Of a stretch of DNA of 64,000 bases, positions 1 through 8,248 are shown piece after piece. This DNA comes from Escherichia phage vB_EcoM_FJ1, in the sequence record MZ170040.1; one strand, written 5' to 3'. Position 1 is the first letter of the stretch, and every line of letters begins with the position of its first letter. The notes under the pieces are model-generated. The model had not been told where the DNA came from and did not search any database. It saw only the letters and a list, made by a program, of their open reading frames with translations. Position numbers and translations under genes: made by a program.

Positions 1-38
1 TTTAGCGTTCATTTTGTGTTCCTCCGTAGTTGATAGTT

Positions 39-70
39 GTATAGTACCACAGAGGAACGGTCTTGTAAAC
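39..70 (-). promoter_or_regulatory. T4-type early promoter (-35 GTTTAC, extended -10 TGGTACTAT)
   Basis: Conserved block TTGATAGTTGTATAGTACCA...GTAAAC on plus strand; drives a gene starting near nt 12 and running off the window. Confidence 0.55.
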
Positions 71-72
71 AA

Positions 73-375
73 CTAAAAGAAACTTCTTTCACAATTTTTT
101 CCACTGAACCATGCGCTCACTGCTTTCTTAGTCTCAGGAGCAGTATTATCCATAAACCATTCAAAGGCAGCCTTTTTATGATTCTGGAGGGCTTCTCGGG
201 CTTTAATCTGCTCACGGTCTATTAACACTAACATATGAGCCTTTCTTGTCACCAAGGGCTTCTTATGATTCTTGGAGTATTCCCAGTCATTTGTCCAACG
301 CATTGTCGTTGCGAACTGATGAACCGCGTCTTTAATTTTAGTTTCGTAAATTTCACGAGCCTTTGAGTATAACAT
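73..375 (-). CDS. hypothetical early protein (~100 aa)
   Basis: Track ORF 73..387 trimmed to internal ATG preceded by GGAGG; no recognisable motif. Confidence 0.45.
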   Translation of the reverse strand: MLYSKAREIYETKIKDAVHQFATTMRWTNDWEYSKNHKKPLVTRKAHMLVLIDREQIKAREALQNHKKAAFEWFMDNTAPETKKAVSAWFSGKNCERSFF

Positions 376-477
376 CACTACCTCCATTTACCAGTTTAAT
401 TCTAGTCATCTTTTTGATGGCAGTCCATATAATCTATTTCTGAACTGCCTTTTTGTCTTAGAAGGCCTCTTATGAAT

Positions 478-1446
478 TTATTTCAGAAGAGTAACCTCAG
501 CGATTTCTTGCCAACCGTTTTTGTCGGTCATAATAAAGTCAGCAAGATAAAGTGCAGTACGCAGTGAAACATTGCGTAAACGGTTAACATTGACTTTCAT
601 CCATGATAATGCTTTATAAGTTTCTTCATCAGAAAGACCGCGCTTTTGCATCATGTCGGTTGAAAGAATAACATCTTCAACCCTGACCATAATTTCTTCA
701 TTAGTGTGAACACCCAAATCTAAATAAACTGAGCGGGACACTAATGCTTGTAAATGTGGAGCAAGTTTAGTACCACGGTCTAATTCGCGGTCAATGTCAA
801 CGTTTGTGATAAAAACAATCGTTCCTTTAAATTCAAACTCACGCTCAATGCCTTTTTCTTCTAAGTAAGAAGATGCAGTGCTCCAGCAGACTTTACGGGT
901 CTCTCCGGTGTCCAGAGCGGCTTTTAGAAGATTAAGAATGTCCATATCAGAGAAAACATCCACATCATCAATCAAAAGGACAGAATTCTCTTCACGATTA
1001 TTCCAAAGCTGTTCATAAAGACCGATACCAGAGATTTTACCGTTAATGCTTTTATATTCAATGTATCCAATATCATTTGCTTTATTTAAAGCTTTATCTA
1101 AAGAATACGTTTTACCAATACCCGCCGCACCAGAGATAATTAATGAACGAATATTTCCATTAATAATACCATTCGTCATCATTCCCATAACATTAAATCT
1201 TTTATTAATGCGGGTTTTCATATCTTCATACGATTCTTTAACTTCTTCAACTTTTACACCATCATATGAAATGTCTGATTTGTAAACCCAAACACCGCGA
1301 CGTTTACCGTCAATTTCAACAAAAACTTTACCATCTCCTTGTGCATCTACCGGAGCATTATCTGGGAACCATTCGCCTAAGAGCTCAAAAGTTCCAGAGA
1401 TTTCTTTACCGAAGTAGATACCCTTATTGATAGTTACAGTTTTCAT
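478..1446 (-). CDS. P-loop NTPase (AAA-like), unknown function
   Basis: 322 aa; Walker A GAAGIGKT, Walker B LLIDDVD; AGGAG SD; sits in T4 nrdC/mobD-equivalent accessory region. Confidence 0.8.
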   Translation of the reverse strand: MKTVTINKGIYFGKEISGTFELLGEWFPDNAPVDAQGDGKVFVEIDGKRRGVWVYKSDISYDGVKVEEVKESYEDMKTRINKRFNVMGMMTNGIINGNIRSLIISGAAGIGKTYSLDKALNKANDIGYIEYKSINGKISGIGLYEQLWNNREENSVLLIDDVDVFSDMDILNLLKAALDTGETRKVCWSTASSYLEEKGIEREFEFKGTIVFITNVDIDRELDRGTKLAPHLQALVSRSVYLDLGVHTNEEIMVRVEDVILSTDMMQKRGLSDEETYKALSWMKVNVNRLRNVSLRTALYLADFIMTDKNGWQEIAEVTLLK

Positions 1447-1503
1447 TTTATTCTCCTTTGATTTGATAGGACTACTATAACATAGTCCTATCAGTTTGTA
1501 TAC

Positions 1504-1704
1504 TTATTTTGACATTTCTTCGATGTCACGACGATACCCGTCACGAACTTCACGAAGAGCTTCAAGGCCACACATAGGCTCGATACCAGTAATGTGAACT
1601 TGATTAATCTGATACTCTACATCTTCTAACTGAGCGAAAACATAACGACGTTCAGCTGCACAACCAGATTTAGCTTTACCGAAACGTTTATTCAAAGTAG
1701 TCAT
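1504..1704 (-). CDS. hypothetical small protein (66 aa)
   Basis: ATG with GGAG SD, early promoter immediately upstream. Confidence 0.55.
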   Translation of the reverse strand: MTTLNKRFGKAKSGCAAERRYVFAQLEDVEYQINQVHITGIEPMCGLEALREVRDGYRRDIEEMSK

Positions 1705-1740
1705 TTTGTATCTCCAATTTACTCATTTGTTTTGATAGGT

Positions 1741-1773
1741 CTATAGTATCAACAACTACAGACCATGTAAACA
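1741..1773 (-). promoter_or_regulatory. T4-type early promoter
   Basis: GTTTAC box and TACTATAG -10 upstream of 1504..1704. Confidence 0.5.
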
Positions 1774-1775
1774 AT

Positions 1776-2039
1776 TTATTTTAATTTTCGCCAAATTTTT
1801 ACTGCTTCTCGCCTCGATACTTCTACGGCGCCAAGTTCTATAGCTTTTTGACGACGACTTGCACGTAAGTCATAATGTTTAATGCGTTTATCTTGAAACC
1901 AAGAACGTTTCATTCCTATTGCTTCTGCCATTTCGTGAAGCTCTTCAATATCTCCATCAGTGAACATATGACAATTTTTAGTTGGATGACCGCGAAGTTT
2001 CCATCCATGATTCATTAAAACATCTACGTAAACTGTCAT
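1776..2039 (-). CDS. hypothetical protein (87 aa)
   Basis: ORF track; start overlaps stop of upstream small ORF (ATGA). Confidence 0.6.
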   Translation of the reverse strand: MTVYVDVLMNHGWKLRGHPTKNCHMFTDGDIEELHEMAEAIGMKRSWFQDKRIKHYDLRASRRQKAIELGAVEVSRREAVKIWRKLK

Positions 2040-2185
2040 TGATTCTTCTCCAAATAAGTTTCGATAATTTTCTGGGCGAGATAAACCGCGTTATCTTCAG
2101 TTGCGTCTTCTAAGAAACTTTCAAAACACTCTGAAATTTCTTCTGTATCAATCAACTTTTTTACTTCAATTGGTGTAATTTTCAT
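2036..2185 (-). CDS. hypothetical small protein (~49 aa, MKITPIEVKK...)
   Basis: Hand-translated; not in ORF track (<60 aa); downstream of early promoter, ATGA coupling to next gene. Confidence 0.35.
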   Translation of the reverse strand: MKITPIEVKKLIDTEEISECFESFLEDATEDNAVYLAQKIIETYLEKNQ

Positions 2186-2219
2186 TTTGTTTTCCGTTTA
2201 AGTGTTTGTTTTGATAGTT

Positions 2220-2252
2220 GTATAGTACCATAAAGCTTTATGCTTGTAAACA
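2220..2252 (-). promoter_or_regulatory. T4-type early promoter
   Basis: Same conserved block (TTGATAGTTGTATAGTACCA...GTAAAC), upstream of the small ORF at 2185. Confidence 0.6.
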
Positions 2253-2271
2253 GTTTTGTGAAAAATTTTTG

Positions 2272-2300
2272 AAATAAAAAAGGGAGCCCGAAGGCTCCCT
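2272..2300 (-). terminator. rho-independent terminator
   Basis: Hairpin GGGAGCC-CGAA-GGCTCCC followed by U-run on minus strand, right after the NTase gene stop. Confidence 0.7.
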
Positions 2301-2301
2301 A

Positions 2302-3315
2302 TCATTTATAATAGCTTCGGTGGTTTTCAAGATAAACCTTCTCAAGGAAGTCATCCCAGAAACCCATGTCTACTTTTTGCTGCATACCGTTCTTAGAAGC
2401 TTCAGTAGATGCTGCTTCTACTTGATCGACCACATCTTCCAAAAACTCTTGAACTGTTTTAAATGGATGTTTACCCAACTTCACGTCGAGAATAAATGGA
2501 GCATCTTGGAGTGGATAAACCAAGTCACCAGTTTTGTAAATTTCCAATAGTTGGAGTCCACCACGGCAGGCATGGCTCAGAGCTTTCCAGTCAATGCCTT
2601 CATTGGCTTCGGCCTTACGAGCGCGTTCACCGTATTCAGCATCTAATTTGTTCAGTGACTGCTTAAGCTCAATAAGAGAAAGCGTTGTCTGATATTTACG
2701 ACCCAACACAGTGTAGAACATTTGTGGGCCTGTTTTCTCATGATTATGGAACACCCATTCACAGAATTCGTTTTCTGGAAGACGATGCTTAATATCTTCA
2801 ACTTTAGTACGACGCTGCTTAATAGAACCATCTTCTTGGTAATCAATCCATTGCTCAGGGATTTGATTAACTACTTTCAATACATCACGTAATGCAGCCA
2901 AACGAGAACCCTTGACGCCATATTTAGAAGCTTGCTTACGGACATATCCTAAATAGGATTTCATGTTAGTCGTATAAAAACGAGAACGGTTGTCTTGAAT
3001 AAACTTCCACACATCAGGCAAATCAGATTTAACCACTAGTTCAGGTGGAGTGTGAAGCATATCCAATGCTACGGTTTCACCATCTGCTGCTAATTTAAAG
3101 AAATATTTAAGACTGTATAGTTCATGGTCAATATCATCTTTAGTGTTTTTAGATGATGTGTTGTTAGTGTTTTTACTCATATGCTCTTTAACATTTCCGA
3201 TAAGAATATCGCGAGCAGGAGGAACAAAGATTTCTTTAAAATCTACATCAGATTCTGGGGTAGAAGTTCCATAAAGATGACTACCAAAATAGCTTTTCAT
3301 TACTGTTTTCATCAT
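2302..3315 (-). CDS. Pol-beta-superfamily nucleotidyltransferase-fold protein, unknown function
   Basis: 337 aa; N-terminal YFGSHLYGTSTPESDVDF (GS...DxD) plus later VALDML acidic motif; ATGA overlap with upstream membrane-protein gene; terminator hairpin just downstream. Confidence 0.8.
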   Translation of the reverse strand: MMKTVMKSYFGSHLYGTSTPESDVDFKEIFVPPARDILIGNVKEHMSKNTNNTSSKNTKDDIDHELYSLKYFFKLAADGETVALDMLHTPPELVVKSDLPDVWKFIQDNRSRFYTTNMKSYLGYVRKQASKYGVKGSRLAALRDVLKVVNQIPEQWIDYQEDGSIKQRRTKVEDIKHRLPENEFCEWVFHNHEKTGPQMFYTVLGRKYQTTLSLIELKQSLNKLDAEYGERARKAEANEGIDWKALSHACRGGLQLLEIYKTGDLVYPLQDAPFILDVKLGKHPFKTVQEFLEDVVDQVEAASTEASKNGMQQKVDMGFWDDFLEKVYLENHRSYYK

Positions 3316-3785
3316 TCAGCCTTATATTCAATAACAGGACATACTTTAGCTTTACGAGCTTTTAAAAATTCGACGATAATCGATTTCTTAGGTTGAATAG
3401 GAGGTAAACCTTTATACGCCCTATCAATATTTTCTACGTGTAAAGCATAATCCTTTTTCCATTTATAATCTTTATATTTTTCACGCAGTTGTGCAGGAAT
3501 AACAAATGAACCGATAATAAGTAAAACAAGCAAAATGGCAAGTATAAATGCTGATGGAATAAGAGTCCATAAACTACCAAAAATAAGCCATTTCTGCATG
3601 ATTTCTGCGCAGATAATAGTTAGACCTACGAGTATAGTACATCCGAAAAAAGAAACGAAAAATGTAGGAATAACAATAGACCAAAAATACGCGCACAGTG
3701 TCTTAGGTCGTTGCCATTCATCGTTAAACAATTTGAATAATTTATAGTGCCAAGAGTTTTCATTAATAATCATAATTATAATCAT
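3312..3785 (-). CDS. multi-pass membrane protein (157 aa)
   Basis: Three to four hydrophobic segments; ATGA coupling on both sides. Confidence 0.7.
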   Translation of the reverse strand: MIIIMIINENSWHYKLFKLFNDEWQRPKTLCAYFWSIVIPTFFVSFFGCTILVGLTIICAEIMQKWLIFGSLWTLIPSAFILAILLVLLIIGSFVIPAQLREKYKDYKWKKDYALHVENIDRAYKGLPPIQPKKSIIVEFLKARKAKVCPVIEYKAE

Positions 3786-4303
3786 CCTTTCATTGAAGGC
3801 GTAACGGTTGTTAAATACTTAATCATAGCTTCAGCTTCTGATTTTGATAATGAAATTTCTCCATTGTTTTGACGAATAGAAATAAAATCCGGATGACGGT
3901 CACCACCGGCTTTTAAAACACACATATAAGTATCAGTTTCATCTTCAATATTTGAAATGATTGAAGCAGTTCCACACGAATGTGGTTTTTGATAAATCAA
4001 TACAGCTTTTCTTCCACCATTTGACTGTTCATAAACTTTTAATACATCAAACAAATCACTTCTTTTATCAATAGCTAAAATGTTGTTTTCATCTTCAATG
4101 TTAAATCCTTCGGATACTTCATAAAGTGTCACCCATAAATCACCTATATCGATAGTAGCATTTTCCTTTCCATGACTTTCAAGAGCATGACAAATTTTCT
4201 TGATTTCGTCATAACTCATTTTAATAATATCATCTCCTTGACTAAGAAAGATGTCATTTTTAAATTCAACACGAATTAAACCGCTTCCACTTGAAATAAA
4301 CAT
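3782..4303 (-). CDS. hypothetical protein, paralog of 4310..4852
   Basis: 173 aa; shares GFNIE(D/S)E core and KYL..V.P(S/T)M C-terminus with neighbour. Confidence 0.75.
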   Translation of the reverse strand: MFISSGSGLIRVEFKNDIFLSQGDDIIKMSYDEIKKICHALESHGKENATIDIGDLWVTLYEVSEGFNIEDENNILAIDKRSDLFDVLKVYEQSNGGRKAVLIYQKPHSCGTASIISNIEDETDTYMCVLKAGGDRHPDFISIRQNNGEISLSKSEAEAMIKYLTTVTPSMKG

Positions 4304-4309
4304 ATTTCC

Positions 4310-4852
4310 TCACTTTGAAATCATAGTTGGAATGACAGAATCAAGATAAGTCTTTAACGCAATAGCTTCGTCTTTGGTAAATGTGACAATATGCGCTCGA
4401 AAATCATCAATTTGACGAATAGTTAAGACATCTCCATCTTCATAACATTTTGATACATTTAAAACAGTTTCATCATTCTGATCGCACTGATCGCAAGCGT
4501 TAGTAATAATAGCATTGCAATTTTTAAGCCATTTTAAACTATGTTTTCTTTCATTAGAATAATAAAAATATTTAATGTAAGTTATAAAATTATCCCAATT
4601 ATTAATTGATAAGCATATTGACTCGCTTTCAATGTTAAATCCTGGGCATAAAGAATAGAAATGAATTTTATGCTCATCATTAATGCTTACAATTTTATCA
4701 GTGTAAGGTTTTTCAATTTGGGTTAAATGAATAATTTCGCTAGGCGTAAAATATAGCATATCGTCTTCTTGCGTCAAACGATACATATTATTTACTTTTT
4801 CTATAGCCAATTCACCAAAAAATGAACTAACTTCTAATACTAATCGTTTCAT
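4310..4852 (-). CDS. hypothetical protein, paralog of 3782..4303
   Basis: 180 aa; AAGGA SD; tandem duplicate of downstream gene. Confidence 0.75.
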   Translation of the reverse strand: MKRLVLEVSSFFGELAIEKVNNMYRLTQEDDMLYFTPSEIIHLTQIEKPYTDKIVSINDEHKIHFYSLCPGFNIESESICLSINNWDNFITYIKYFYYSNERKHSLKWLKNCNAIITNACDQCDQNDETVLNVSKCYEDGDVLTIRQIDDFRAHIVTFTKDEAIALKTYLDSVIPTMISK

Positions 4853-4853
4853 A

Positions 4854-5120
4854 TTAATCCTTTTTATTTGCGCTGATTTGTTCTAAAATTTTAGAGTATT
4901 CCTTTGTATCAGATTTACGTACAATTGATACACTATAAGGCATACTATCGGTGTCTTTTATAAAGCGTTCCAAATGACACTCTAACAAAATTTCTGGATT
5001 ATAAATCGTGTACATCAAATTACCTGTTGCTCCACGATATTGGCAGATTTCTACTGATTGAACACCATTCCATAATTTTGTTAAAACTAAGTCACCTACT
5101 TCTAATTTAGGAAAACTCAT
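4854..5120 (-). CDS. hypothetical protein (~88 aa)
   Basis: Track ORF starts at TTG; trimmed to ATG (MSFPKL...) with GGTGA SD. Confidence 0.55.
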   Translation of the reverse strand: MSFPKLEVGDLVLTKLWNGVQSVEICQYRGATGNLMYTIYNPEILLECHLERFIKDTDSMPYSVSIVRKSDTKEYSKILEQISANKKD

Positions 5121-5121
5121 A

Positions 5122-5307
5122 TTATTCACCAATTAAAGTTTCAATATAAGAATCAAGATTTACTTTAGCTTCTTCCATAAGAGTTTTGTATTTAATCTTG
5201 TTAGCATGTCCGGAGAAAGCTGATTCATCAATAATTGTTGATGTATGAACAGCTTTACTATACGTCTCAATTAATTCTCTTAATTTAAAAGCCTGCTCAC
5301 TTGTCAT
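5122..5307 (-). CDS. hypothetical small protein (61 aa)
   Basis: ORF track; ATG; start overlaps stop of an upstream 34-aa ORF. Confidence 0.55.
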   Translation of the reverse strand: MTSEQAFKLRELIETYSKAVHTSTIIDESAFSGHANKIKYKTLMEEAKVNLDSYIETLIGE

Positions 5308-5438
5308 TACATACTCCTTTGAATAATATCAATAATGTTGTTCACCAGATTATAAGTAAACATTGGGTAATTATATTGAATCATCACATACACAACAAAC
5401 AAAACTTTCATTCTCTTCTCCTTGGCAGTTGACAAGAT

Positions 5439-5470
5439 TACTATACCATAACCTTGCCAACTTGTAAACC
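5439..5470 (-). promoter_or_regulatory. T4-type early promoter
   Basis: GTTTACA -35 and TGGTATAGT extended -10 on minus strand, flanked by inverted repeat TTGGCA/TGCCAA. Confidence 0.5.
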
Positions 5471-5471
5471 A

Positions 5472-5645
5472 TTAAATGACGTTTTCAATAAAATTCTGAA
5501 GCTTTGTGTGAGCATCAACCATGATTTTCATTTCTTCTTTGGCGAAAGCTGTACCTCTTTCCCGAGCAGAATACTCATAGTCAGAAACTGCGTTAGCATA
5601 TTCTTCAATTAGTTTCATTAAAAACATCTGCTTTTCAGTTTTCAT
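5472..5645 (-). CDS. hypothetical small protein (~57 aa, MKTEKQMFLMK...)
   Basis: Hand-translated; AGGTGGA SD; not in ORF track; approximate coordinates. Confidence 0.4.
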   Translation of the reverse strand: MKTEKQMFLMKLIEEYANAVSDYEYSARERGTAFAKEEMKIMVDAHTKLQNFIENVI

Positions 5646-5829
5646 TATTCCACCTAATCATTTCAAGATATTGAACTAACTTAGCTTTAGATTTATCCAA
5701 ATCCTTTTTAGCTGCTGCTATACCTTCGTATGAATATCCTTCACAGTGCTCAACTGCTAATTGATATGAATCTATTTCAATATCACGTGCTAATTTAATG
5801 ATTTTTTCAAACTGTTCGCGTGTTAGCAT
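5635..5829 (-). CDS. hypothetical small protein (64 aa)
   Basis: ORF track; part of a tightly packed small-gene array. Confidence 0.55.
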   Translation of the reverse strand: MLTREQFEKIIKLARDIEIDSYQLAVEHCEGYSYEGIAAAKKDLDKSKAKLVQYLEMIRWNNEN

Positions 5830-5831
5830 AC

Positions 5832-6035
5832 TTAAACTCTCGTATTATGATCGATAATTTCATCAAGAAACATATCTAACGCTTCTACAGCATTATTAAC
5901 TTTATCTTCAAGTTCTTCAATACTTTTATTTGCAATTCCTGACGAAAACCAAGCAAAGTCACTAAGTTCCTCATCTGCTTTACGAATTAAAGCTACCAAT
6001 TCCTTAATTTTATCCGCTTGTTCGATACTAATCAT
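5832..6035 (-). CDS. hypothetical small protein (~67 aa)
   Basis: Track ORF starts at GTG; trimmed to ATG overlapping upstream stop (TAATG). Confidence 0.5.
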   Translation of the reverse strand: MISIEQADKIKELVALIRKADEELSDFAWFSSGIANKSIEELEDKVNNAVEALDMFLDEIIDHNTRV

Positions 6036-6223
6036 TATTCTACCACATATGAAAGAGAGAATATTGCACACGCCATGTGAGTTGCAACTTCATCACACAT
6101 ATTATAACGTTTCTTAAGAAGTTCTACAAGTTCTTCACTAGTAACTTCATCCATGTCGACGAAAAAATCACCATTAATGATGACGTAGATATTTCCTTCT
6201 TGATTAAGTGCTTCAATTTTCAT
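6035..6223 (-). CDS. hypothetical small acidic protein (~62 aa)
   Basis: Trimmed to ATG with GAGGAG SD; early promoter just upstream. Confidence 0.55.
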
Positions 6224-6249
6224 GATGTTCTCCTCTTTATCTGATAGTT

Positions 6250-6282
6250 GTATAGTATCACAGCTCAAATGGAAAGTAAACC
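6250..6282 (-). promoter_or_regulatory. T4-type early promoter
   Basis: Conserved block CTGATAGTTGTATAGTATCA...GTAAAC upstream of 6035..6223. Confidence 0.6.
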
Positions 6283-6290
6283 GGTAAAAT

Positions 6291-6314
6291 GAAAAAAGTC
6301 TCCCGAAGGAGACT
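6291..6314 (-). terminator. rho-independent terminator
   Basis: Hairpin AGTCTCC-CGAA-GGAGACT then U6 on minus strand, after rI.-1. Confidence 0.7.
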
Positions 6315-6318
6315 AACG

Positions 6319-6705
6319 TTATTCGAGGGAAAGAAGATACTTACTCTGGTAAAACATTCCAGTAATATCATCTATCGTGCTTTGGATGGCTGGAGGCATT
6401 TCTTTATAAATGCTGTTAGATTGGTCTAGTATGCGATCAATCATTTTAATTGTGTCGGTAGGAAGTTTACTAGCATCTGGAATTGAAGGTGTGTATTTTC
6501 TACCAGAATACCCCAAATATTGCTCACCAAATTTATCAATCAAATCTGGCAACTCGGAGAAAATAAAATCGTATGCTTTGTGTCTAGCATAACTTTTAGT
6601 TTCAAAATGTGCAGAATGAAAATAAGCTTGTGCAGCCATTAATAAACCTAAGTATTCATCTGCCTTTGAAGGTTTTCCACTTTGTGAAAAGTCGCTGAAT
6701 TTCAT
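6319..6705 (-). CDS. rI.-1-like conserved hypothetical protein
   Basis: 128 aa, immediately downstream of rI with ATGA overlap, as in T4; terminator follows. Confidence 0.7.
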
Positions 6706-6995
6706 TCAGTCTCCAATTTAATGTTCATAATTCTAGCGTATGATTGTGCCATCTCCGCGCCTCGTTCTATACATTCAAAATCAGAAGAGCACGGGTCATT
6801 TTTATAGGTCGTTCTCATAAAACTATAGAATTGTTCAGACGATTCTACGCTTTTATTTTCAAAAAGCATATAAACGTGCCTAATACCAGATTCCATAAAT
6901 TTATCAAAATGAGGATCGACATTCGCTTCAATCGGTGGAGATAAAGCAAACGCTAATCCTAGCATGGCAAATAGTGCCGTTGCTTTTAAGGCCAT
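6702..6995 (-). CDS. rI: lysis inhibition regulator RI (periplasmic antiholin)
   Basis: 97 aa; N-terminal signal-anchor MALKATALFAMLGLAFALSP; near-identical to T4 RI as recalled; adjacent to tk. Confidence 0.9.
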   Translation of the reverse strand: MALKATALFAMLGLAFALSPPIEANVDPHFDKFMESGIRHVYMLFENKSVESSEQFYSFMRTTYKNDPCSSDFECIERGAEMAQSYARIMNIKLETE

Positions 6996-7007
6996 AAAGG
7001 CCTCCTA

Positions 7008-7220
7008 TCATTTTTGTCCTGTATTTACTTTATGCCGATGCACGGCCTTAACTTTATCAAGGTATTTTTCAAAATTTCGCAATCTAGTATAGTCTGCCGG
7101 AGATTGGTTGAGTGATACTTCTCGACGCAAAGCTGAAATGATATTTCCAACTTCCCTACGAATTTCATCTAATTGAAGAACAGTAAGATTGCGAAGTTGC
7201 TTTTCAGTTAATTGTAGCAT
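7008..7220 (-). CDS. rI.1-like small protein (70 aa)
   Basis: Between tk and rI; TATAAATA box on minus strand ~25 nt upstream. Confidence 0.6.
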
Positions 7221-7245
7221 ATATACCCCTTTAGTTAGATAAACC

Positions 7246-7253
7246 TATTTATA
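7246..7253 (-). promoter_or_regulatory. T4 late promoter box (TATAAATA)
   Basis: Exact TATAAATA on minus strand ~25 nt upstream of 7008..7220 start. Confidence 0.5.
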
Positions 7254-7262
7254 ACTTTTGCA

Positions 7263-7844
7263 CTAACCGAGTTTTTTAGTTAATTCATTCCAATGTTTTC
7301 TACACAAAGAAACATAAATTTCATCACCAATACAGATTTGATTACCTTCTTTAACTGGTGTTCCATCTTCCATTAATCGAGCTGTCATAATCGCTTTTTT
7401 ACCACAATGACAAACTGCCTTTAGTTCAATAAGTTTATCTGCAATCGCTAAAAGTTCTTTAGAACCTTCAAACAATTTTCCAGCGAAATCAGTCCTTAAT
7501 CCATAAGCCATAACAGGAACATTATATGTATCAACAATTCGGCTCAATTGATGCACCTGTTCAGTTTTTAAAAACTGAGCTTCATCTACAAATACGCAAT
7601 GAATATCTTTTTGTGCTTCAGCCCATTTATAGAACTCGAAAATATCCATATCATCTGTAATAATATTCGCTTCCTGCTTAATTCCAATGCGAGAAACGAC
7701 TTCACAGACAGAATCGCGAGTATCAATAGCAGGCTTAAGAACTAATACACTCATTCCACGTTCTTTATAATTATGTGCAGCAGTCAAAAGAGAAGCAGAT
7801 TTTCCAGCATTCATTGCTGCATAAGTAAAAATTAAACTCGCCAT
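7263..7844 (-). CDS. tk: thymidine kinase
   Basis: 193 aa; P-loop NAGKSASLL; zinc-ribbon CHCGKKA...C; same length as T4 Tk. Confidence 0.95.
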   Translation of the reverse strand: MASLIFTYAAMNAGKSASLLTAAHNYKERGMSVLVLKPAIDTRDSVCEVVSRIGIKQEANIITDDMDIFEFYKWAEAQKDIHCVFVDEAQFLKTEQVHQLSRIVDTYNVPVMAYGLRTDFAGKLFEGSKELLAIADKLIELKAVCHCGKKAIMTARLMEDGTPVKEGNQICIGDEIYVSLCRKHWNELTKKLG

Positions 7845-7853
7845 ATCACCTTC

Positions 7854-8045
7854 TTAAAGCGTATTCACATAAGCTATTAATTCATTTTCTTTCTTATCAA
7901 ACCGATCAGCAAATTCTTCCTGCTGTTCGGGAGATAGCGGGCCGTATTCATCATAAAAGGTGTTTGCTTCTGTATGCTCATCTAGAAGTTCATGGATAAG
8001 CTCAAACAATTTATCTTTTTGTTCTTTACTCAGACTCATAACCAT
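7854..8045 (-). CDS. hypothetical small acidic protein (63 aa)
   Basis: ORF track; AAGGTGA SD; tk.x position. Confidence 0.5.
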   Translation of the reverse strand: MVMSLSKEQKDKLFELIHELLDEHTEANTFYDEYGPLSPEQQEEFADRFDKKENELIAYVNTL

Positions 8046-8248
8046 GTCACCTTTAAGCAGTATTCTTCTACATGCTGTTTACGACCTTTCTTATCAATAA
8101 AGGTATATTCAACGAATGTTCCAATGTAGTCTTTATCTACATCATGTGGACTATTAATTGGACATTTAGTACGGCAAATGCGTTCCCATTGACGAATAAT
8201 TACTGCCTTATTCTTTGGGTCATACGGATGTGGATAATGTATATTCAT
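8036..8248 (-). CDS. hypothetical small protein (~70 aa)
   Basis: Trimmed from TTG to ATG; ATGA coupling with macro-domain gene. Confidence 0.45.
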   Translation of the reverse strand: MNIHYPHPYDPKNKAVIIRQWERICRTKCPINSPHDVDKDYIGTFVEYTFIDKKGRKQHVEEYCLKVTWL

